A DNA stretch of 64,000 bases from an uncultured Candidatus Saccharibacteria bacterium (GCA_964487045.1 CAZAOT010000001.1:151863-215862), one strand, 5' to 3'. Shown: positions 1 to 8,856, numbered from the stretch's first letter. The notes: generated by a model from the letters alone, not told the origin. Translations and numbers: made by a program.

Positions 1-1
1 G

Positions 2-148
2 AAAAAGCCATTTGAGGAGCCATCGGAGGTTTTTAGTTTTTCCGCTCCAATTCCAAAATCAGATGTTCCAAGGCCATCAGCAGAGCCATTAGTTGCTCCT
101 GAACCTCCGAAGGCCGAGGATGACGACGATTCATTAACCAAGTGGTAA
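2..148 (+). CDS. 3' end of an unknown upstream gene (acidic tail ...EDDDDSLTKW*), partial
   Basis: Open frame 2 from the window edge to TAA at 146-148. No homology recognised. Confidence 0.3.
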   Translation, partial: KKPFEEPSEVFSFSAPIPKSDVPRPSAEPLVAPEPPKAEDDDDSLTKW

Positions 149-161
149 AAACACTTAGCGG

Positions 162-190
162 TTGAATTTTTTAGACCTTTCTGGTATAAA
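162..190 (+). promoter_or_regulatory. sigma70-like promoter for rpsO (TTGAAT-17-TATAAA)
   Basis: -35 TTGAAT at 162-167, 17-nt spacer, -10 TATAAA at 185-190, about 30 nt before the rpsO ATG. Confidence 0.4.
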
Positions 191-220
191 TATCTAAGAA
201 AAGTAAATCTTAAGGCAAAA

Positions 221-649
221 ATGGCAAAAGAAAAAGAAATCAAAAAAACAGCTAAGAAACCCGCTGCCACAAAAGCAGCCAAGGAAGCTAAGAAGGCTCC
301 TGTTAAAGTAGAAAAAAAACCAACTGCTAAAAAAGTAGTTGAAAAAGTTGCTCCTAAAAAAGAAAAAGTAGCCAAAGAAGCAAAAGTTGCAACTAAAGAA
401 GTTAAAAAAACAGCCAAGCCTAAGGCTGAATCTAAAGAAGATACCGGTTCAGTTGAATTTCAAATCAATAATTTTTCTGACAAAATAAAATCCCTTGCCA
501 AACATCTTAAGACTCATCCTCATGATTTTGATTCAAGACGTGGTCTTTTGATCATGGTTGGAAAGAGACGAAGACTTCTTAATTATTTGAAGAAGTCAGA
601 ACCTGCTAAGTATGAAGACGCTGTCAAAGCTTTGAAGCTAAAAGCGTAG
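221..649 (+). CDS. rpsO: 30S ribosomal protein S15 with a ~55-aa Lys/Ala-rich histone-H1-like N-terminal extension
   Basis: The C-terminal 85 aa (FQINNFSDKIKSLAKHLKTHPHDFDSRRGLLIMVGKRRRLLNYLKK...) is a typical S15. It sits immediately upstream of pnp, the classic rpsO-pnp arrangement. The N-terminus is a KKPAATKAAKEAKKAPVK low-complexity tail. Confidence 0.85.
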   Translation: MAKEKEIKKTAKKPAATKAAKEAKKAPVKVEKKPTAKKVVEKVAPKKEKVAKEAKVATKEVKKTAKPKAESKEDTGSVEFQINNFSDKIKSLAKHLKTHPHDFDSRRGLLIMVGKRRRLLNYLKKSEPAKYEDAVKALKLKA

Positions 650-656
650 GTTGTTT

Positions 657-754
657 GTTGTAAATGTTTTTCAGACACGCTTACGGGAACAGAGGGGAGT
701 TTTCGAGCTCCACTCTCGAAAATGCTCGGCAATGGTCTTCAAAACATTTACAAC
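657..754 (+). promoter_or_regulatory. Structured pnp leader: long hairpin closed by a 14-bp perfect inverted repeat
   Basis: GTTGTAAATGTTTT (657-670) pairs with AAAACATTTACAAC (741-754). There are internal sub-hairpins (GAGTTTTCGAG/CTCGAAAATGCTC). It lies between rpsO and pnp, where E. coli has the RNase III-processed autoregulatory hairpin. Confidence 0.5.
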
Positions 755-867
755 TTAGTTTAAAAAAAGAAAAGATTGAAAAAATAATTTGGAGTAGTTC
801 TTTGCGAGCAGAGAATTGGTGCACGAACTAACGTGCCTCAACCTCTGATCGTAAGAACTAAAATGTC

Positions 868-3099
868 ATGAAACAGATCCAGCATAAGTTCACTTTGGCG
901 GGACAAGAAATCTCGCTTTCTTCAGGATTGCTAGCATTTCAAGCTGACGGAGCGGTCGTCGCTCAAGCTGGCGGAACAATGGTGCTTGCTACCTGTGTGG
1001 TTGGCAAAGAGCCGACCGATATTGGATATATGCCCCTAACGATCGATTACGAGGAAAGGTTTTATGCTGCCGGAAAAATTTCTGGCTCGAGGTTTATCAA
1101 GAGAGAGGGCAGACCTTCTGAACAAGCAGTGCTAAATGGCCGAATGATCGACCGACCGATAAGACCGCTTTTTCCAAAGCACTTTAGGCACGAGACTCAA
1201 GTCGTTATCACCGTTTTATCTTTTGATAAAGAAAATGATCCAGATATTCTAGCACTTCTCGCTGCATCTAGCGCAATTAGCCAGTCGATGGCTCCTTTTG
1301 CTGGACCTGTTGGAGGAGTTAGAATTGGAATAGTAGGTGGTGAATTCAAGATCAACCCAACTCGAACAGAGATGCTGGAGAGCGATCTTGATTTAGTTAT
1401 TATTGGTACCAAAGAGCGAATTTTGATGATCGAGGCAGCTGCTAAGGAAGTTTCCGAAGAGAAAGTTATCGAAGCAATTGAGTTTGGCAAGCCGTTCATC
1501 GCTGAAATGATTGATGCTCAAGCGCCATTTCTCAATCCTGACAAACTAACTGCCGAAGACCACACAATAGAAATTCAAGCTCAAGTTAAAGAGCTGATTG
1601 GATCCAGACTTCATCAAACAATGCTTGATCGAGAAAATTCCGAAAAAGAAACATTAGTTGAAGCGCTCAAAGAAGAAGTTCTCACAACCTATGAAGGTAA
1701 GTACAAACAAGCTGATCTAGAAGAAGTTTTTGGAAAGTTTCTAGAAAAGGAAGTCAAAGAAACTATTCTTGCCGATGGAGTTAGGCCAGATGGAAGAAAA
1801 TTAGACGAAGTTAGACCAATTGATGTCAAGGTTGGCTTCTTGCCACAGACTCACGGATCGGGACTATTCACTCGCGGTCAGACTCAATCACTTACAACTG
1901 CTACCTTGGCTAGCCCTGGCATGGAACAATTCATCGACACGATGGAAAAAGAAACGACCAAGAGATATATGCATTTCTACAACTTCCCGCCATACTCAAC
2001 CGGCGAAGTTAAGAGAATGGGTTCAACTAGTCGCCGAGAAATCGGCCATGGCGCCTTGGCTGAAAAAGCCTTAGTGCCAGTACTACCAGACCGAGAATCA
2101 TTTCCTTATACAATAAGACTTGTTTCGGAAATTCTCGCTTCAAACGGATCTTCTTCAATGGCAGCAACTTGTGGTTCAACCCTCGCTCTTATGGATGCGG
2201 GCGTACCAATCAAAGACCCAGTTGCTGGAATTGCCATGGGTATGGTCTCGAGACCAAAATCAGGTGAAAAAGCTCGCCCCGTTAGAGATAACGAGGGTAA
2301 CGATGCGAGTCTTGATGACAATACGCCAACTGATGTTAGTTTAATCTCTAACGGGGTAAAAAATCTGGGATTTGAGCAGGATGATAAGTATGAATATGCT
2401 ATCCTGACTGATCTTCAGGGAGTAGAGGACTTCGGAGGAGATATGGACTTCAAGGTTGCTGGTACTAAAAACGGAATTACCGCTATTCAGCTTGACGTTA
2501 AGATTGACGGACTTTCGATGGAGATGATTAAGTCGACCTTCGAAAAAGCAAAAGTTGGCCGAATGTTTATCATGGGTAAGATGCTCGATGTAATAGCTAG
2601 CCCAAAGACTGAGCTTTCAGAGCTCGCTCCACGAATCATCACCGTTAAGATTAACCCAAGTAAGATTGGCGAACTTATCGGACCGGGAGGAAAGAATATC
2701 CAAAATATCATCCTGCAGGCCGGAGGCAAAGAAGTTGTCGCTGTTGACATTGAAGACGATGGAACGGTTATGATTTCTTCAGCTGATGCTAATGCTGCCG
2801 AAGTAGCTAAGAATTTAGTCGAAGGTCAGACTGTCGAAGCTGAAGTTGGCAAGATTTATGACGGAACAGTTTCCAATATCCAAACCGATCGAAATTCAGG
2901 CAAGGAAATCGGCGCGATTGTTGAGTTTATGCCAGGCAAGGATGGTATGGTTCATATTTCAGAAATCAAAAATGAAAGAATTGAAAAAGTTTCCGATTTT
3001 GTAAAAGTCGGCGACAAGGTCAAAGTCAAAGTTCTCGCTGTTGATCCAGAGCGCGGAAGAGTCTCGCTTTCGATCAAACAAGCACAAAAACCTGAATAA
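868..3099 (+). CDS. pnp: polynucleotide phosphorylase (PNPase): two RNase PH domains, KH and S1 domains
   Basis: 743 aa. It has conserved PH-domain motifs, a C-terminal KH (GPGGKNIQNI) and an S1 domain. Synteny with rpsO. Confidence 0.95.
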   Translation: MKQIQHKFTLAGQEISLSSGLLAFQADGAVVAQAGGTMVLATCVVGKEPTDIGYMPLTIDYEERFYAAGKISGSRFIKREGRPSEQAVLNGRMIDRPIRPLFPKHFRHETQVVITVLSFDKENDPDILALLAASSAISQSMAPFAGPVGGVRIGIVGGEFKINPTRTEMLESDLDLVIIGTKERILMIEAAAKEVSEEKVIEAIEFGKPFIAEMIDAQAPFLNPDKLTAEDHTIEIQAQVKELIGSRLHQTMLDRENSEKETLVEALKEEVLTTYEGKYKQADLEEVFGKFLEKEVKETILADGVRPDGRKLDEVRPIDVKVGFLPQTHGSGLFTRGQTQSLTTATLASPGMEQFIDTMEKETTKRYMHFYNFPPYSTGEVKRMGSTSRREIGHGALAEKALVPVLPDRESFPYTIRLVSEILASNGSSSMAATCGSTLALMDAGVPIKDPVAGIAMGMVSRPKSGEKARPVRDNEGNDASLDDNTPTDVSLISNGVKNLGFEQDDKYEYAILTDLQGVEDFGGDMDFKVAGTKNGITAIQLDVKIDGLSMEMIKSTFEKAKVGRMFIMGKMLDVIASPKTELSELAPRIITVKINPSKIGELIGPGGKNIQNIILQAGGKEVVAVDIEDDGTVMISSADANAAEVAKNLVEGQTVEAEVGKIYDGTVSNIQTDRNSGKEIGAIVEFMPGKDGMVHISEIKNERIEKVSDFVKVGDKVKVKVLAVDPERGRVSLSIKQAQKPE

Positions 3100-3120
3100 A
3101 AAACACTAGAAAAGAGAAAG

Positions 3121-3155
3121 AGCCGCTATGTCGAATGACGTAGCGGCTCTTGGTG
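3121..3155. terminator. Bidirectional hairpin terminator between pnp (+) and the convergent GC-rich gene (-)
   Basis: AGAGCCGCTA-n12-TAGCGGCTCTT stem-loop. Confidence 0.45.
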
Positions 3156-3167
3156 GTGAGGAGCGGA

Positions 3168-4235
3168 CTAGCCCCAACTGATCTTAAGAGCCAGGCGACT
3201 CCTGCGATGCGCAAATGCACTGAAAACCTTTGATAGAGCCTCTGGAACATTAAAGGTTGTTACAGTGCGTTCGCAGTAGAACGCCAGATTCTGACCGTAA
3301 TGGCTGCAGTCAGTATGTGCAGCTAACTCGATCATATCCGTCAGAGAGCGACTGACGCTCGTCCGACTTTCGACCGACGTATAGATTCCGTAGATTGTGT
3401 CTGGAACATCAAGCTCGCGCAGTGTCGCGAACAAGGTCCTAGCGTCGTAAGTAGCACAATTACCGAGCTCGCGTATCTCGTTGCAGAGCAGATCGAGTCG
3501 CTCGGCGGGATCCTCAGGGAGGGGTGCAGGTGTGTCAAAGCAAGGCTGATGCAGTTCGGACCATGCCGCTACTGCGAGGAAAGCAAGAGTCCACCTGGGC
3601 TTCTTGATCAGGGAGTCTTGGACGATGATATAGATAGAACCATCCTCCCTGAACTCGAGATCCTGCAGGCTCTTGTAGGCGTCCTGCAGGAGACCGATCG
3701 CATCCACGTATACGGGGCTGGGTCCAGTCCCACACTGGATGCTCTCGTACTTGGGCCAGCTCTCATCGATACAGAGCTGGTAGAGCTTGCGAATGGGGAT
3801 CTGCTCCAGGTACGGAATCTCAAGCAGGAGTTTATTAAGCTCCGTAGCCTGTTCCTGGGTCATGTGGTTCAAATACCACTGCTGGGCGGCCCAGATAACA
3901 TCGTTCCACTCGTAGCTCGGGTCCGAAAACGGGCCTTGGCAATGCCAGCCGTACTGCGAAGTAGCGAGCTTGATCGCTTGTTCGATCACCATAGAACTCC
4001 TGTGAATCGAATCCACGAGCACAACCACGGTCCGTCTATTGAGCTGTCTTCCGAACAAGATGAGCTGCTCGGCAGGAAACCGCTCCATTTCGGGAGCATT
4101 CGACAGCAGGATCTCGAGCTGCTGCTCGTAGTAGGTCTGGTCGCCGTCTTTGGGCTGATCGGTCATTTCATGTACCTGCTTTCTATCGGCGTTCTTGTTG
4201 AAGCCAGCTACTCGGGCATGTGCAGGTCGCGCCAT
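3168..4235 (-). CDS. hypothetical protein in a GC-rich island (start uncertain; the alternative Met gives ...4169)
   Basis: Long ORF in ~56% GC DNA flanked by ~40% GC genes. No recognisable domain. The antisense ORF 3549..4241 is taken as a GC artefact. Confidence 0.5.
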   Translation of the reverse strand: MARPAHARVAGFNKNADRKQVHEMTDQPKDGDQTYYEQQLEILLSNAPEMERFPAEQLILFGRQLNRRTVVVLVDSIHRSSMVIEQAIKLATSQYGWHCQGPFSDPSYEWNDVIWAAQQWYLNHMTQEQATELNKLLLEIPYLEQIPIRKLYQLCIDESWPKYESIQCGTGPSPVYVDAIGLLQDAYKSLQDLEFREDGSIYIIVQDSLIKKPRWTLAFLAVAAWSELHQPCFDTPAPLPEDPAERLDLLCNEIRELGNCATYDARTLFATLRELDVPDTIYGIYTSVESRTSVSRSLTDMIELAAHTDCSHYGQNLAFYCERTVTTFNVPEALSKVFSAFAHRRSRLALKISWG

Positions 4236-4879
4236 GCCTGAGCTGCGAGCATGATCGGAGGTAAGACATGGAGATAGTGAATCTCGTGCATAATGCCTTG
4301 ACTACGAAGATATAGAATTCCCTCCGCCCGATTCCATTCTCGCCTGAAAGCAGGAGAGAGAACAAGGTAGTACAGCTCAGGGAGTCTAAGAGAAAGAACG
4401 CTTCTATCACCATCGGTTGATGTGAAACCACTGAAGCTAGTCGTCCCAGTGCTCGAGGAGCACTTGAGAAGAGTCGTGAGCGGGAAGCGGTCAGTTGTCG
4501 GAGCGCCAAGAAGCAAGTTGCGTTCCTCTTCATCCAACTCCTGTACCGCTTCGTAGAGAAGCTTGAGCGTGGGGGCGATCACGGCCATCTTCGAGAAACG
4601 GATGGCGACGACTGCTTCCCACCACTTGTCGGCGTAGATGAAGTCATCTATGCCTTCGTGCCTGACTCGGTAGTAGAATGCTCCGCCGAACGGTTCAGGT
4701 ATGATAGTGGTGGTGGTATTCAGCAGCACCTGCAAGACCTCTTCGACAGGGTTTAGCGAGGTCCTGACCAGGATACAGCTGGACAAGCCAGCTTCAACGC
4801 CTGCTTCAGCGAGCTCGGTAGCGGTGATCTCTCGTCTGCCGAGCGCTAGATCAAGAAGCGTCTGTCGGAATTGTTCCAT
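4208..4879 (-). CDS. hypothetical protein in a GC-rich island (start set at MEQFRQ..., behind GGGAGGA RBS)
   Basis: The track ORF 4208..4984 was shortened to the Met preceded by GGGAGGACATTGACATG. The leader upstream is conserved with that of the next gene. Confidence 0.5.
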   Translation of the reverse strand: MEQFRQTLLDLALGRREITATELAEAGVEAGLSSCILVRTSLNPVEEVLQVLLNTTTTIIPEPFGGAFYYRVRHEGIDDFIYADKWWEAVVAIRFSKMAVIAPTLKLLYEAVQELDEEERNLLLGAPTTDRFPLTTLLKCSSSTGTTSFSGFTSTDGDRSVLSLRLPELYYLVLSPAFRREWNRAEGILYLRSQGIMHEIHYLHVLPPIMLAAQAWRDLHMPE

Positions 4880-4950
4880 GTCAATGTCCTCCCATTTTGG
4901 GTGGTTTCTAATGCAAGATTGCATAAGGGGAAATAATATCATTTTTGTAA
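4880..4950 (-). promoter_or_regulatory. Conserved leader copy A, including the palindrome ATGCAAGATTGCAT (4911-4924)
   Basis: About 70 nt aligns with 6104-6175 (copy B): ...CCATTTTGG..TTCTAATGCAAGATTGCATAAGGGGAAATAATATCATTTT.. It contains a 6-2-6 inverted repeat ATGCAA-GA-TTGCAT. Confidence 0.45.
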
Positions 4951-5026
4951 AAAAAAAGAAAGCCACCCAGAGTGCTTGGGGCACGGAGGGTGGCTTGAAA
5001 TCAGTCGCGCAAGTGGACTTGGCCAG

Positions 5027-6103
5027 CTAGTCGGGGTGCTTGGCGAGCCACTGGTTCAGGGCTTCGAACACCTGAATCCAGGGCGAGCCTGCGAGGATAT
5101 AGACCTCGCCGGGCGTGTCGTGGTACCAGATCTTCATGCTGCCGTCAGCTTGAAGATCGCACTTCACGACAGAAGGAGCGATTTCCTCCATGATCTGGAG
5201 GGTATTCAGCACAACCGTCTTGTCGTTCAGCTGGGCCTCGACGTGATCAGACAGACCAGCTATGCGAGCTAGACTACGGATCTCGTAGTAGTCCGGATCC
5301 TCCTGGTCCGGCACCTCATTGAGGTAGTCGAGAAGCGTCTGCATCGTAGGCGCTACCGGCAAGTCGCCTGGTGCGTGCTTAATCGCCCAAAGACGGGCGA
5401 CGAGCAGAACGATGTAGTAGCGCGCCATACTGAGATTGTCCTCACGGATCTCCCAGTGCCCGAGTGGCGTCTCCAGGGAAATGTGCCCTGTCGAGATCTC
5501 GCAAGGGAAAGCGAAGCCGAGGACAAGCTCGATGGCCTTCTCGGCGCTGATGGTCGTATAGCCTTGGCAGTCGCCGTGCACGAAGTGCAGCTTGAAGGTC
5601 CCGCTCTCACAGAGGCGCAGTGCCTCGTTGATGGGGAAATTCTGTAGATCTGCCCACTTCTTGATCTCATCTAGATCGCAGGTGCGGCCAGCTAACTCGA
5701 GCATGCGCTCGAGTTCGTCACGTGATTGCGGAGGTATTTCAGTACCTTTCTGCCCTGTAGGGGCGGGGAAGATTTCGGTCGGGACTGAAATGCCCCGCCT
5801 GATGCAGATGGCGACAAGTGCGTCGCGCCATCGTCCAACCTCGAGCAATGTGCTTTCAAGCAAAATCGCACTAGGCTCCGTTGCCGGAAAACCCATGCGG
5901 TTATTGTAGAGAGCGTCGGCAAAAAGCGTTCGAATCGACCAAGCCTTCTGTTTGGAATTGGGCAGTTTGATCTCCGGGGGAAAGCCAGCCGCGATGCCTA
6001 CTTCGATGATGCGCTCCAGTTGGAACGCTCCACTTTCGCAGGCCTCGCGGCAAAGCTCAGAATACTCCTGCTCGGCTCGCGATTGTTGTTCTCTAGCATC
6101 CAT
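5027..6103 (-). CDS. hypothetical protein in a GC-rich island
   Basis: 358-aa ORF in ~57% GC DNA. The start ATG is preceded by GGAGAAAGTTGACAT, the same RBS context as the neighbouring gene. No recognisable domain. Confidence 0.55.
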   Translation of the reverse strand: MDAREQQSRAEQEYSELCREACESGAFQLERIIEVGIAAGFPPEIKLPNSKQKAWSIRTLFADALYNNRMGFPATEPSAILLESTLLEVGRWRDALVAICIRRGISVPTEIFPAPTGQKGTEIPPQSRDELERMLELAGRTCDLDEIKKWADLQNFPINEALRLCESGTFKLHFVHGDCQGYTTISAEKAIELVLGFAFPCEISTGHISLETPLGHWEIREDNLSMARYYIVLLVARLWAIKHAPGDLPVAPTMQTLLDYLNEVPDQEDPDYYEIRSLARIAGLSDHVEAQLNDKTVVLNTLQIMEEIAPSVVKCDLQADGSMKIWYHDTPGEVYILAGSPWIQVFEALNQWLAKHPD

Positions 6104-6175
6104 ATGTCAACTTTCTCCATCTTTTGGTATCTCAACAAGATTGCATGAGGAGTAATGATACCTCTATTTTGGCCT
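6104..6175 (-). promoter_or_regulatory. Conserved leader copy B (CAAGATTGCATGAGG core at 6136-6150)
   Basis: See copy A. This half-palindrome is degenerate on the left arm. Confidence 0.4.
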
Positions 6176-6286
6176 GAGGTCAAGGCGAAGAGAGGATTAT
6201 TATTGACCCCAGTACAAATCTTTTCTGGCTTATTGATTTACATTCAATCACGCCAGAAGCAGATAGTACGGGGCAGGCAACTAAGG

Positions 6287-6315
6287 TTGACGAGTTTATA
6301 AATTTGTGCTATACT
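6287..6315 (+). promoter_or_regulatory. sigma70-like promoter (TTGACG-17-TATACT) for udg
   Basis: -35 at 6287-6292, 17-nt spacer, -10 at 6310-6315, 35 nt before the TTG start of udg. Confidence 0.45.
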
Positions 6316-6349
6316 AACCCTAAGAGTTTTAGTTCTCTAGGATTTTAAA

Positions 6350-6910
6350 TTGGATAAAGAAGCGCAAATTTCATTGCTTTGTGGACAAGTTAAGGAGTGC
6401 CGTAAGTGCCCCTTATATAAATTTGCCAAAAATCCAGTTCCTGGCGCAGGATCGGTTAATACCGAAGTGATGTTTATCGGGGAAGGACCTGGAGAGAAAG
6501 AAGATGAACTAGGACTGCCTTTTGTCGGGAGAGCAGGGAAATTGCTCGACGAAATGTTAGAATCGATTGGTTTAAAAAGAGAAGAAATTTATATTGCCAA
6601 CGTAGTTAAGCACCGACCGCCAGGTAATCGTGATCCCAAACCGGAAGAAGTAGAGGCTTGCTGGCCATATCTGGAAGAGCAGATCAAAATTATCAATCCA
6701 AAATTAATCGTTTGTCTTGGCCGCCATAGTTTAGGAAGATTTTTACCAAATGTAGGACCAATTTCCCAAGTGCATGGCCGATGTTTTAAAAAAGGTGACC
6801 AGGCTTATATGGCTTTATATCATCCGGCAGTCGGACTTTATAACGGCGGAATGCGCGAAACGTTATTTAACGATTTTAAAAAAATAAAAATTGCTATTAG
6901 CAAAATATAA
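6350..6910 (+). CDS. udg: uracil-DNA glycosylase, family 4 (Fe-S type); TTG start
   Basis: GEGPGEKEDELGLPFVGRAGKLLDEML matches the family-4 UDG motif GE(A/G)PG...G.PFVG.AG.LL. An N-terminal C..C..C cluster is present, and the characteristic HPS/HPA..GLY... end. Confidence 0.85.
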   Translation: MDKEAQISLLCGQVKECRKCPLYKFAKNPVPGAGSVNTEVMFIGEGPGEKEDELGLPFVGRAGKLLDEMLESIGLKREEIYIANVVKHRPPGNRDPKPEEVEACWPYLEEQIKIINPKLIVCLGRHSLGRFLPNVGPISQVHGRCFKKGDQAYMALYHPAVGLYNGGMRETLFNDFKKIKIAISKI

Positions 6911-6948
6911 AAATAATTGTACTCAAAAAGAAAGGTACTAATTAAGAA

Positions 6949-8856
6949 ATGAACAAACAGGAAGAAACTAAAAAACCGCAGGCTCCGCAAAGGATGACTG
7001 CGTATCACGCCTCGCTTGATGGATTTAATGCGCCAAATAGGCCGCAGCAAAATCAGAATCAAAGACCACAGCGTCGGGGGTCATTTTTCGCTAAGAAAGA
7101 AGGCTCTGATAATCGCCCGGCTCCTAGAAATGACAGACCGAGGCAGCAGCAAATGAAACATAGAGCTGACCAAGTGGTTAGCTTCAAGGCTTCTAAAAAC
7201 CTAAAACTTTGTCACCTTGGCGGACTCGAGACAGTCGGCAAGAACTGCTCATTTTTAGAGTATGGTAATGATATTCTCGTTCTCGATCTAGGTTTCAGCT
7301 TTCCCGATGCTGATATGCCAGGAGTTGATTATGTCGTCCCTGACGTCGGATATTTAGTAGAAAATAGATCTAGAATCAAAGGAATTTTACTTACCCATGG
7401 TCACATGGACCATATCGGGGCAATTCCTTATGTTATTGAAAAACTCGGCTCGCCAACAATCTACGGAACCAATCTTACAATTGGAATTCTCAAGGAAAAG
7501 TTGGAAGAGTTTGGCTTATCAAATCGAGTCAAAACAGTCGTGATCAATCCGGAGGAAGATGTGCTCAGACTTGGCATCTTCACGGTTAGCTTTTACAGAG
7601 TAAATCACAATATTCCGGATACGGTTGGACTTGTTATTGATACACCAGACGGAAAAGTTGTGCACACAGCTGACTTTAAGTTTGATTTGACTCCGATTAA
7701 CGAGCCGGTTATCGACCTTGGCAAGATTGCCGAGATTGGTAAGAGCGGTGTACTTGCACTTCTGATGGACTCTACCGGAGCCCGAAACTCCGGTTATGCT
7801 ATCTCAGAGAGTGAAATTAAAACAAACCTAACTGAGCTTTTCCAAAAAGCTCAAGGCAGAATTTTCATTGCTTCATTTTCAACTCTGATTTCTCGAATTC
7901 AACAAATTATTGATGTAACGGCTTCTGTTAATCGCAATTTGACTATTACCGGGCGATCGATGATTTCGACGATTGAAGTAGCTTCAAAGCTTGGATATTT
8001 GAAGGTTCCGGAGAATTTAATTATTTCTCCCCAAAAAGCTGCTAAATATCCAGATGACAAGATAGTCGTGCTTTCTACCGGAACTCAAGGGGAAGACGCT
8101 TCAGCATTAACCCGAATGAGTCGAGGGGAGCATAAATTCTTCAAGATAAGACGTGGCGATACCGTAGTTCTATCAAGCTCGATTATCCCTGGCAACGAAG
8201 GATCTGTTATCGAAGTATATGACAATCTGCTTCGCGCAGGGGCAAAAGTAATCGATTATAAACAAATGGACATTCACACTTCTGGACACGCTCATCAGGA
8301 AGAACTTAAGACCATGATCAGGTTGGTTAATCCTAAATACTTTATGCCGGTTCATGGTAATCGCTACATGAGAGAAGCTAACGCTGATCTTGCTAGGTCA
8401 CTAGGCTATGAAGAAGACAAATTGATTTTGGTAGATGACGGAGAGGTTGTTGAATTAAACAACGAAAGGGCATCAGTACTAAAACCGAGAATTCAAACTT
8501 CTCTCGTACTTGTCGATGGACTTGGTGTTGGCGATGTTGGAAACATTGTTATTCGCGATCGACAGGCGATGGCTGAAGGTGGAATTTTCGTGATAATTCT
8601 GACCGTCGATCATCGAACAGGTGAAATAATCACTAGCCCAGACATCATCTCGCGAGGTTTTGTCTATATGAGAGCGGCGGAAAACCTTATCCACCGAGCT
8701 CGCGCCGAGGTTAGATCTATCTTCAAGCATCATGTCTCGCACAAACCAGTTGACCTTCAATTCATCAAAACGGTCTTGAGGGAAGAAATCGGCGAATTCT
8801 TGTATGAAGAGACGAAGCGCCGACCTATGGTGATACCGGTAATCATAGAGGTCTAA
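6949..8856 (+). CDS. rnj: ribonuclease J (metallo-beta-lactamase/beta-CASP RNase) with an ~85-aa Q/R/P-rich N-terminal extension
   Basis: HGHMDHIGAIP MBL motif and the beta-CASP and C-terminal domain layout typical of RNase J. Confidence 0.9.
   Translation: MNKQEETKKPQAPQRMTAYHASLDGFNAPNRPQQNQNQRPQRRGSFFAKKEGSDNRPAPRNDRPRQQQMKHRADQVVSFKASKNLKLCHLGGLETVGKNCSFLEYGNDILVLDLGFSFPDADMPGVDYVVPDVGYLVENRSRIKGILLTHGHMDHIGAIPYVIEKLGSPTIYGTNLTIGILKEKLEEFGLSNRVKTVVINPEEDVLRLGIFTVSFYRVNHNIPDTVGLVIDTPDGKVVHTADFKFDLTPINEPVIDLGKIAEIGKSGVLALLMDSTGARNSGYAISESEIKTNLTELFQKAQGRIFIASFSTLISRIQQIIDVTASVNRNLTITGRSMISTIEVASKLGYLKVPENLIISPQKAAKYPDDKIVVLSTGTQGEDASALTRMSRGEHKFFKIRRGDTVVLSSSIIPGNEGSVIEVYDNLLRAGAKVIDYKQMDIHTSGHAHQEELKTMIRLVNPKYFMPVHGNRYMREANADLARSLGYEEDKLILVDDGEVVELNNERASVLKPRIQTSLVLVDGLGVGDVGNIVIRDRQAMAEGGIFVIILTVDHRTGEIITSPDIISRGFVYMRAAENLIHRARAEVRSIFKHHVSHKPVDLQFIKTVLREEIGEFLYEETKRRPMVIPVIIEV

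Noticed and set aside
1197-2750. Short antisense/alternate-frame track ORFs inside pnp (1197..1499, 1820..2074, 2106..2321, 2120..2344, 2487..2750) and analogous ones inside other long genes
   Set aside because: They are fully contained in well-supported conserved genes and have no independent start signals. Standard overlapping-frame noise.
3549-4241. 230-aa plus-strand ORF antisense to the 3168..4235 gene (and similar antisense ORFs at 4701..5030, 4976..5272, 5375..5647, 5592..5909, 17078..17455)
   Set aside because: They lie in 55-57% GC DNA where stop codons are rare on all frames, and have no RBS. Their compositionally odd products are Arg/Ala/Pro-rich. They are treated as GC artefacts of the minus-strand genes.
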